In this document: positions 35,226-44,000 of the stretch, piece by piece
Position numbering within the stretch: position 1 is the first letter of the stretch
Layout of the letters: each line of letters begins with the position of its first letter
Source: Stellaceae bacterium
GTDB lineage: Bacteria; Pseudomonadota; Alphaproteobacteria; ATCC43930; CGMCC-115725
Reading direction: 5' to 3'
NCBI GenBank assembly: GCA_035632515.1
Contig: DASQGR010000149.1
Span: 1-49,343, forward strand
DNA: 49,343 bases
Translations under genes and position numbers: made by a program
The notes under the pieces: generated by a model
The model's input: the letters and a program-made list of their open reading frames with translations, nothing else
The model's database searches: none
What the model was told of the DNA's origin: nothing

Positions 35226-36986
35226 ATGGAGGTTGAGTTCACCTTTCTCACCCAGCGCGGCACCGCGGTGATGCGCCGGTCTCAGCGAGCCAGCGCCGAC
35301 AGCGTGCGGCTGGGTCGCGGCACCGACAACGAGGTGCCGCTGGGCGATATTCGCGTCGGGCTGCGGGTGGCGCAGCTCGTGCGGCGTCCCGACGGGATCG
35401 CGATCGAGAAACTCGGGGCGATGCCGCTGCAGGTAAACGGCCAGTCGGTCGACAATGCGATGCTGCATGTCGGCGACGAGATTCGGCTCGGCCCCTACCG
35501 GATCGAGGTCACGGCACCGCCCGAGGGCTGCGACGGCGCGATCCAAATCGAACTGGCGGAGCCGCTGGCCTCGGCGACCGACCCGGTGCGGGCGAGCTCC
35601 CGAATCGGCCTGGAGCACGCCGGCTTCAGCAAGCGCATCGCCTCGTGGACCGGCGTCTTGGTGCTGGCGGTTATCTGCCTGGCGGTGCCGCTCATCGTCT
35701 TTACCAGCGGCGCGTTGACGCCGTGGCACAAGGACACGCCGGCACCGCATGCGACGACCCTGGTCGGGCTGTCGTGGAATACCGGCGAATTCTCGAATTC
35801 GCATCGATTTTTCGCCAAGAATTGCGCGACCTGCCATGAGGGCAAGTTCTCGCGCGTCGCCGACACGGCATGCCTTGCCTGCCACGCGGCGGTCGGCAGC
35901 CATGTCGAGCACGGCGTCAAGCTCGGCTCGGCGGGCGAGCAGCTGGCGGAGTCCCGCTGTATCGATTGCCATACCGAGCACCGCGGCGTGCGCGGCTCGG
36001 TGATCCGCACTGCCGCGCTCTGTCTCGACTGCCATCGCGGGCTCGACAAGACCGCTCCGGAGGCCGGGGTAAAGGCGGTCGGCGGCTATCCGGCCGGCCA
36101 CCCCCAGTTCCGCGCAACGCTTGTCGCCGATGCCGCAAAAAAGCAGAACGTGCGGGTCGAGCTCGGCAGCAAGCCGGCGCCGGCCGATCATCCGGGGATC
36201 AAATTCTCGCACGCGGCCCATCTCGTGCCGGGCGGCTTCCCGAAGCTCCACTACAAGGAGATGGCCTGCGCCGATTGCCATGTCCCGGAGCCGGGCGGCC
36301 AAAGCTTTCAGCCGATCACGTTCAAAGGCCAGTGCCAGAGCTGCCACAACGACAATCTGACATTCGACAGCGTCGCGTTGCCGTGGTCCGGCGCCAAGGT
36401 ACCGCATGGCGATGACAGCGCGGTCGTCGCCGGGGTGGTCAACTTCTATGCCGCGCAGGCAGTGCAGAACGGCGCCGCCGCGCCTGCCGCAACGCCCGCG
36501 GTCGAGCGGCGCGGCGCCGGCATGCCGACTTCGCTGGCAAGCGCGGCGCCGGCCAGCGTCCAGGCGTGGATACGCGACAAATCGCAGGCCGCGCTCCGGG
36601 TGATTTTCGACGAGAAGCGCGGCTGCGCCTATTGCCACTACGGCACCGGGGCGGACGGTGCCATCGACACCGGCAAGGTGATGGCGAGCCTGGCGGCAGA
36701 CAAGGAACCGCTGAAGGTGATCGCCGCGGTCGAGATGCGCACCCGGTTTCTGCCCAACGCGGTCTTCGACCATTCCCAGCACCGCGGCGTGAAGTGCGAG
36801 GAATGCCATGCCAGCCGCCAGTCCCAGGCAAGCGCCGACGTGCTGATCCCGGGCATCGAGACCTGCAAGACTTGCCACGGCGCCGAGGACGTCCACCTGC
36901 AGGTCAAGTCGACCTGCATTACCTGCCACGTCTTTCACCGCAGCGAGTTGGGGTTGATGCACATGACCGCGGAGGCGCCAAAATGA
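35226..36986 (+). CDS. FHA-like domain / single TM / decahaem c-type cytochrome
   Basis: 586 aa. aa ~1-98 are FHA-like (VRLGRGTDNEVPLGD...LQVNGQSV...VGDEIRLGPYRIEV). The TM helix spans aa 139-160 (WTGVLVLAVICLAVPLIVF). There are ten CxxCH motifs, with first Cys at aa 200, 216, 245, 266, 348, 370, 467, 524, 547 and 564. Confidence 0.85.
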   Translation: MEVEFTFLTQRGTAVMRRSQRASADSVRLGRGTDNEVPLGDIRVGLRVAQLVRRPDGIAIEKLGAMPLQVNGQSVDNAMLHVGDEIRLGPYRIEVTAPPEGCDGAIQIELAEPLASATDPVRASSRIGLEHAGFSKRIASWTGVLVLAVICLAVPLIVFTSGALTPWHKDTPAPHATTLVGLSWNTGEFSNSHRFFAKNCATCHEGKFSRVADTACLACHAAVGSHVEHGVKLGSAGEQLAESRCIDCHTEHRGVRGSVIRTAALCLDCHRGLDKTAPEAGVKAVGGYPAGHPQFRATLVADAAKKQNVRVELGSKPAPADHPGIKFSHAAHLVPGGFPKLHYKEMACADCHVPEPGGQSFQPITFKGQCQSCHNDNLTFDSVALPWSGAKVPHGDDSAVVAGVVNFYAAQAVQNGAAAPAATPAVERRGAGMPTSLASAAPASVQAWIRDKSQAALRVIFDEKRGCAYCHYGTGADGAIDTGKVMASLAADKEPLKVIAAVEMRTRFLPNAVFDHSQHRGVKCEECHASRQSQASADVLIPGIETCKTCHGAEDVHLQVKSTCITCHVFHRSELGLMHMTAEAPK

Positions 36987-38968
36987 CCGATTCGCGCCGA
37001 CCGAGATTTCTCCATCATCCGGCGTTTCGTGCCGCCATGGCGGTGCTTTCCGTATGGTGCATGGCGCCGGGCGGCTGTGGCGGCGGCAGCAGCGGCGCCA
37101 ACAACAGCAACCCGAACGCGATCACCCCGGCGGCGCCGGTTGCCGACACCAGCCCCAACCTGACCGAGAGCGACGTCAACACGATCGTGCTGCAGGCGAT
37201 CAACGAGGCGACCGCCCGCGGCCGGCCGGCGACCATTGCCGTGGTCGATCGGGTCGGCAATGTGCTGGCGGTGACCCAGATGGCAGGCGCGCCGGTCTTG
37301 GCGACGGTCACCTCGGGGCGCGGCGTGACGACCGGGCTCGAGACGGTTCAGGTGCCGACGACGCTCGCGGCGCTCGCCAAGGCCTATACCGGCGCCTACC
37401 TGTCGTCGAACGGCAACGCCTTCAGCACCCGCACTGCCAACCAGATCGTCCAAGAGCATTTCAACCCCGGCGTCCGCGGCACGCCGGGCGGGCCGCTGTT
37501 CGGGGTGCAGTTCAGCCAGCTCGCCTGCTCCGATTTCAACACCGCCGCCTCCCCCGTTGCCGGCGGCACCAATGCCGGGCCGCATCGCTCGCCGCTCGGC
37601 TTTTCCGCCGATTCCGGCGGGTTGCCGATCTACAAGAACGGCGTCCTCGCCGGCGGTATCGGGGTGATGACCAAGACCATCTATGGCGCCAACCTCAATA
37701 TTTTTGCCGTGCCGATCGATGACGACGAGGTGGTGGCTATCGCCGGAACGACTGGATACGCGGCGCCGCCGGCGATTACCGCCGACAACATCGCCGTCGG
37801 CGGCCTGACGCTGCAATATATCGACGCCTCCAGTGCCAATCTTGCCGCGCCGGTGTCGGCTGCGGGCACCTTCACGCCGCTGCCGGTGGCCGGGTACTGG
37901 GCCGGGCCCGCCGCCGGTCACACGGCGAATGCCGGGTTGATCTACGGCAGCGCGGACGGCGCTTCGGGAGTGGCTCCGGACGGCGCACTCGGCCCGGTGA
38001 TCTACCCCGGCACCACCCAGACCTCCTACGTCTTCACCGACGGCGCCGGCCATATCCTCTACCAGCCGACCGCAGGGGCGATGCCGGCAGACGGCAATGC
38101 GATCACCGCGGCGGAGGCGAAAGGGCTGACTACCGCGGCGCTCAATGTCGCCTACTCGGCCCGTGCCGCCATCCGGGTGCCGACCAACAGCTTCGCCCAG
38201 GTGACCGTCACCGTGGTCGATCTCGACGGCAATGTGCTGGCCCAGGCGCGCACCCCTGACGCACCGATCTTCGGCGCCGACGTGTCGCGGCAAAAGGCGC
38301 GCTCGGCCGTGTTCTTTTCGCGGCCCGACGCGGCAGCGAAGATCAACGCGATCACCGCTCCGGCGAGCACCGTGACCGGCACTTTTGCCGACTACATCAC
38401 CCGCTCGCAGTTGTTGATCGGCAGCGGCACCTTCTCCAACAGTTTGGCTTGGGCGGCGGTGTCGATCGGCGATGTGGCGCGGCCGTTTTATCCGGACGGC
38501 ATCGACGGCAACCAGCCGGGATCGCTGAGCCTGCCCTTCGACCGATGGAGCGTGTTTTCGACCGGCCTGCAGGTCGACCTGGTGACGAGCGATATCGTTG
38601 CCGGCACGACCGGGGCGCTGGCGCCCGCGACTGGCTGCGGCAACGCCAACGGCCGAGGCTTGCCGCCGACCGCGAGCGGCAAGACCCAGCTCGCCAACGG
38701 ACTGCAGATCTTCTCCGGGTCGGTGCCGATCTACCGCGGCAATGTCCTGGTCGGCGCCGTCGGCGTCTCCGGTGACGGCATCCAGCAGGACAGCCTGATC
38801 TCGTTCCTCGGCCTGGACCGCTTCGCCGCGCAGGACGGCGCAAACCCCATCGCCAACGCGCCCGCGGCAATCCGTGTCGACCTCCTCAAGCCGGCCGGCG
38901 TCAACCTGCGCTACACCAACTGTCCGGCGGCCCCCTTCGTCGACTCCACCGTGCAAAACCCGTGCTGA
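36983..38968 (+). CDS. probable lipoprotein with two GlcG/HbpS-like (DUF336) domains
   Basis: ATG 36983 overlaps the upstream stop (ATGA). The signal is followed by Cys and a Gly/Ser linker (MAPGGCGGGSSG). There are two DUF336-like units, ending in GGLPIYKNGVLAGGIGV and SGSVPIYRGNVLVGAVGVSGDGIQQD. Confidence 0.7.
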   Translation: MTDSRRPRFLHHPAFRAAMAVLSVWCMAPGGCGGGSSGANNSNPNAITPAAPVADTSPNLTESDVNTIVLQAINEATARGRPATIAVVDRVGNVLAVTQMAGAPVLATVTSGRGVTTGLETVQVPTTLAALAKAYTGAYLSSNGNAFSTRTANQIVQEHFNPGVRGTPGGPLFGVQFSQLACSDFNTAASPVAGGTNAGPHRSPLGFSADSGGLPIYKNGVLAGGIGVMTKTIYGANLNIFAVPIDDDEVVAIAGTTGYAAPPAITADNIAVGGLTLQYIDASSANLAAPVSAAGTFTPLPVAGYWAGPAAGHTANAGLIYGSADGASGVAPDGALGPVIYPGTTQTSYVFTDGAGHILYQPTAGAMPADGNAITAAEAKGLTTAALNVAYSARAAIRVPTNSFAQVTVTVVDLDGNVLAQARTPDAPIFGADVSRQKARSAVFFSRPDAAAKINAITAPASTVTGTFADYITRSQLLIGSGTFSNSLAWAAVSIGDVARPFYPDGIDGNQPGSLSLPFDRWSVFSTGLQVDLVTSDIVAGTTGALAPATGCGNANGRGLPPTASGKTQLANGLQIFSGSVPIYRGNVLVGAVGVSGDGIQQDSLISFLGLDRFAAQDGANPIANAPAAIRVDLLKPAGVNLRYTNCPAAPFVDSTVQNPC

Positions 38969-41037
38969 GCGTGCCCCGGCGTATCGACCGATCGCGGCGC
39001 GAGCGGCGACTGGGCCGCAGCGCGCTCGCGTTCATGGCCGCGATGACGGCGCTGACCGGCGCGGCCACGCCGCCCCACGCCTCGGTCGACATCGGCGAGC
39101 TGCGCCGCGACCGGCGCATGGCCGACGAGCTCTACTCGGCGACGACCGGCGACGCCGCCGCCTTCGAGAAAGCGCTAAAGACCCCGGTCCTGCGCAGCGA
39201 GCTCGAACGAACCCTCAACCGTCAGCTCTCCGACGAGACGCTCCAGGCGATGGCCTCGCACGCCCGTGCCGAGGCCGATTACTGGGCCTCCTATCGCCGC
39301 GGCATCGACATGGCGATCGGCGCCGAGGGCCCGTTGATCATGGGCCGCCGGGCGCCCGGCCGGGCCCCGCCGAGCTCGGAGGCCGAGCCCATCGTCAATC
39401 CGGCGGCGTTGCCGCCGCCCGAGCCGTTCGAGCGGGGCGGCTATGTCCCGGTGCAGGATCGCTGGCGCATTCTCGACGCGCTCGGCCGCCGTGAGAACCT
39501 GCTCGATCCCTACAACACCAACACGCTGAAGGCGGATAAGCCGATCTTCGGCGAGGACTGGTTCGTCAACGTCGCGGCGATCGTCGATATTCTCTACGAG
39601 CCGGCGCGGGTGCCGCTGGGGGTCGGCGCGCAATACATCGCGCGGCCGCTCGAAAACAATACATTCGGCCGCTACGGCCGCACCATGCTCAACCAGACCG
39701 ATATTCTCAGCGTCTCGTTGATCAAGGGCGACACCGCGTACAAGCCGCCCGATTTGGAGTTCCGCCTGACCCCGGCGTTCAATTTCAACCATACCGATGT
39801 CGGCGAAATCGGCGTCCTCAACATCGATCCGGCCTACGGGCAAACGCGCAACGACAATTTCATCGGCCTGCAGGAAGGGTTCATCGACTATCACTTCCGC
39901 AACGTCTCCGAGTATTACGATTTCGATTCGGTCCGCGTCGGCATCCAGCCGTTCAACGCCGATTTCCGCGGCTTTTTGTTTCAGGACAACCAGCTCGGCG
40001 TGCGCTTGTTCGGCGATCGCGACGCCAATCGCTGGCAGTACAACCTCGCCTATTTCCGCCGGCTCGAAAAAGACACCAATAGCGGCCTCAACGATATCGG
40101 CCAGGCAGTGCGGCAAGACGGCGTCTTTATCGCCAATTTGTTCCGCCAGGATTTCCCGGTGCACGGGTTCACCTCGCAGATTGCCTTTCTGCGCAACGAC
40201 AACCACGAGGGCGGCGATTTTCACTTCGACAAGAACGGGTTCCTCGTTCGCCCGTCGCAGATCGGCGACAATCGTGGCTACAACTATGACGCCAATTATC
40301 TCGGCTTCAACGGCGACGGCCATTTCGGCCGCGTCAACCTGACGACCTCGGCCTACTATCTGTTCGGCCATCTGAGCCACAATCAGTTTGGCGCGCCGGG
40401 CAACAAGGGCTCTGACATCAGCGCTTTCTTCGTTGCCGCCGAGCCGTCGATCGATTTCGACTGGGCGCGGTTCCGGTTGTCCGGCCTCTACGCCAGCGGC
40501 GCCCGGCATCCGCAAAGCGGTACGGTCGGCGGGTTCGATGCAGTGTTCGAGAACCCGCAATTCGCCGGTGCCGACTCGAGCTTCTGGATCCGCCAGTCGA
40601 TCCCGCTCATCGGCGGCGGCGGCGTGGCGCTCAACACCCCGAACGGCGTGCTCGCCGACCTGCGCTCGTCGAAGGGCGAGGGCCAGTCGAACTTCCTCAA
40701 TCCGGGGATCATGCTCGCCGGTATCGGCGGCGATTTCGACATTCTGCCCGAGCTGCGTTTGTCGACCAATTTCAACTATCTGCGCTTCGACACTACCGCC
40801 CCGCTCGAATTCCTGCGCCACCAGGCGAACATTCCCAACTCGATCGGCTGGGACCTGTCGGCGGCGCTGACCTACCGGCCGCTATTCACCCAGAATATCG
40901 TCTTCCGGCTCTCCGGCGCGGTGTTGCTGCCCGGCGAAGGCACCAAGGCGCTGTTCAATACGCCGGGCGGCCTCGGCCTCTTCGGCAATGACGGTCTGCT
41001 CTACTCGGTTCTGGCCAACGTGATCGTGAACTATTGA
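38962..41037 (+). CDS. large outer-membrane beta-barrel-like protein with a helical N-terminal extension
   Basis: 691 aa. GTG 38962 overlaps the upstream stop by 7 nt. It has a signal-like N-terminus, a helical segment of about 100 aa, then long runs of alternating-hydrophobicity strands rich in Y/F/N/G/D (NRWQYNLAYFRRLEKD, ISAFFVAAEPSIDFDWARFRLSGLYASG). The C-terminus ...VLANVIVNY ends in an aromatic residue. No family was recognised. Confidence 0.6.
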   Translation: MLSVPRRIDRSRRERRLGRSALAFMAAMTALTGAATPPHASVDIGELRRDRRMADELYSATTGDAAAFEKALKTPVLRSELERTLNRQLSDETLQAMASHARAEADYWASYRRGIDMAIGAEGPLIMGRRAPGRAPPSSEAEPIVNPAALPPPEPFERGGYVPVQDRWRILDALGRRENLLDPYNTNTLKADKPIFGEDWFVNVAAIVDILYEPARVPLGVGAQYIARPLENNTFGRYGRTMLNQTDILSVSLIKGDTAYKPPDLEFRLTPAFNFNHTDVGEIGVLNIDPAYGQTRNDNFIGLQEGFIDYHFRNVSEYYDFDSVRVGIQPFNADFRGFLFQDNQLGVRLFGDRDANRWQYNLAYFRRLEKDTNSGLNDIGQAVRQDGVFIANLFRQDFPVHGFTSQIAFLRNDNHEGGDFHFDKNGFLVRPSQIGDNRGYNYDANYLGFNGDGHFGRVNLTTSAYYLFGHLSHNQFGAPGNKGSDISAFFVAAEPSIDFDWARFRLSGLYASGARHPQSGTVGGFDAVFENPQFAGADSSFWIRQSIPLIGGGGVALNTPNGVLADLRSSKGEGQSNFLNPGIMLAGIGGDFDILPELRLSTNFNYLRFDTTAPLEFLRHQANIPNSIGWDLSAALTYRPLFTQNIVFRLSGAVLLPGEGTKALFNTPGGLGLFGNDGLLYSVLANVIVNY

Positions 41038-41041
41038 GACA

Positions 41042-44000
41042 ATGTCGCTGCGCGCTCTGATAGTAGCTGGATTGATGGCATGGGCCGGCGTCTTCGTCGC
41101 GCCGTCGCTTGCCCGCGCCGAGGAATCGCCGGCCGCCCATGAGGAGAGCGCGCCGCCGGCCCCACAAAAGCAGTCGGAGGCTGCGGCGCGGCTCAAGAGC
41201 GCCGGGTGCATGAGCTGCCATACGGCGACCGACTCGGTGACGATGCATACCAGCCCCGGGGTCGTCCTCGGCTGCGCCGATTGCCATGGCGGCAACGCTG
41301 CGGTGTTTGCGCAAGGTGCGGCGCCGGGAACCCCGGAATACCGCAAAGCGCTCGACGCCGCTCATGTCCACCCGCTTCATCCCGAAGCCTGGAATTACCC
41401 GTCGAGCGTCAAGCCGCCGCGCACCTACACGCTGCTCAACAAGGAATCGCCGGCGTTCATCCGCTTTATGAACCCGAGCGACTACCGGGTGGCGCGCGAG
41501 GCCTGCGGCGCCTGCCATCTGAAGGAGATCGCCGCCAACGAGCGCAGCCCGATGGCGACGACCGCGATGTTCTGGGCGGCCGGCGCGTACAATAACGGCA
41601 TCCTGCCGTTCAAGCACTCGATCGTCGGCGAGGCCTATACCCGGGAGGGCGAGCCGGCGACCCTGCTCGATCCCAATCCCCCCAGCCCCGAGGCGAGCCG
41701 CCTGCACGGGATCGAGCCGAAATTCGTGCCGCTGCCGACCTGGGAGGTGTTTCCGACCGGCGACGTCTTCCGCGTCTTTGAGCGCGGCGGCCGCACCATC
41801 AACACGCAATTCCCCGAGATCGGCAATCCGAACTCGACCGGCGAGCTACAGAAGCTCGAGGAGCCGGGGCGGCCCGATCTGAAGCAATCGAACCGCGGCC
41901 CCGCCACCGGGCTGCGGGTGTCGATCCCGATCCTCAACATCACCAAGACCCGGCTCAACGACCCGACCACCTGGTTCCTTGGCACCAACGACAATCCCGG
42001 CGACTATCGCAACTCAGGCTGTGCCGCGTGCCATGTCGTCTACGCCAACGACCGCGACGTGCAGGAGGGCGGGCCCTACGCCGCCTACGGCAATCGCGGC
42101 ACCGGCGCCGGTATCGACCCGACCATCCGCAAGGGCGAGTCGGGGCACCCGATCGTGCATCGCATGACCACGGCGATCCCGACCAGCCAGTGCATGATCT
42201 GCCACATGCATCAGCCGAACCTGTTCCTCAACAGCATGCTCGGCTACACGATGTGGGATTACGAGACCGGCGCGCCGCAGATGTGGCCGAAGCGGCAGAA
42301 ATACCCGACCGACACCGAGATGCGCGCCGCACTTGAGCGCAACCCCGAGGGGGCGGTGGTGCGCGGCAGATGGGCCGACCCGGAATTCTCGGCCAACGTC
42401 AACGAGCTCAACCCCAAGCTCAATGACACCCAGTTCGCCGACTATCACGGCCACGGCTGGAACTTCCGCGCGATCTTCAAGCGCGACCGCAAAGGCAACC
42501 TGCTCGACGACGACAACAACATCATCCCGGCCAGCGACCCGCAAAAATTCAAGAAGGCGGTGCACCTCGATTCGATCCACGTCGATTTTGGGATGCAATG
42601 CGTCGACTGCCATTTCTCGCAGGACAACCACGGCACCGGCCATCTCCACGGCGAGATCCAGGGTGCGATCGAGATCACCTGCGCCGATTGCCACGGCACT
42701 GCGACCAAGCTGCCGGATCTGAAGACCCACGGACCGGCGGCGCCGCCGCGGGGCACCGACATGTCGGCCTTGCGCACTGCCGATGGCCGCGCCCGTTTCG
42801 AATGGCGTGGCGACAAGCTGTTCCAGCGCTCGGCGGTCTATCCGGGGCTCGAGTGGCAGGTCACCCTGGTCAAGGACACGGTCACCCCGGGCAACCCGCA
42901 CTACAATCCGCGGGCGGCCCGCGCCAAGCTGATGTCGAAGGGCAACTCGATGGCCTGGGGGCCGGGGGTGCCGACAAATCAGCTCGCGCACGGCAGCGAC
43001 GAGATGGCGTGCTACACCTGCCATTTGTCGTGGACGACGAGCTGCGCCGGCTGCCACCTGCCGATCGAGGCCAATCAGCACACCGAACGACACCGCTATG
43101 AAGGCGAGACCACCCGCAATTTCGCCACCTACAATCCGCAAGTGGCGCGCGAGGACATGTTCCAGCTTGGCCGCCACAGCACGGTGAAGAACAACATCAT
43201 CGCCCCGATCGCGTCGCGCTCGGCGCTGGTGCTGTCGTCGACCAACATCAACCGCGAGCACATCTATGTGCAGCAGCCGCCGGTGTCGTCGTCCGGGTTC
43301 TCGGCCCAGGCGTTCTCGCCTCACTACCCGCATACCGAGCGGCGCACCGAGACCAAGACCTGCACCGACTGCCACATCTCGGCGCAGAACGACAACAACG
43401 CGATCATGGCCCAGCTGCTGCTGCTCGGGACCAATTTCGTCAATTTTGTCGGGCTCAATTCCTGGGTCGGCGAGGAACACGACATCGAGGCGGTGCGTGT
43501 CACCGAATGGGACGAGCCGCAGGCGGTGATCGGCAGCTACCTGCACCGCTATGCCTACCCGGACTACTACAAGAAGCACCTCGCCGAAGGCCGCAAACTG
43601 GAGGAGGCCCACGGTCATGCCTCCAACGACGCCAAATGTCTGCAGCTGCGCGGCGAATACCTCTTCGTCTCCGAGGGCTCCAACGGGACGCGGGCCTATG
43701 ATGTCGCCAGCATTGCCAACAAGGGCGTTTCCGAGCGCATCATCACCGCGCCCTTCTCGGCCCTCGGCCACGACACCCATATCGCCTCGAAAAACGCGAC
43801 CTGCGTCGTGCTGCCGACCGATCAGCCGATCAACCCGCTGCGCAATGCGGGCAAGAACGAGGCACTCGATTTCAGCCAGGATTACGGCCCGGTGATGCGC
43901 GGGGCGAACGAAGAACAGGTGATGCACCCGATCTACAACTACGCCTACATCACCGATTCCGTCGAAGGGCTGATCCTGACCAATGTCAACACGCTGCAGG

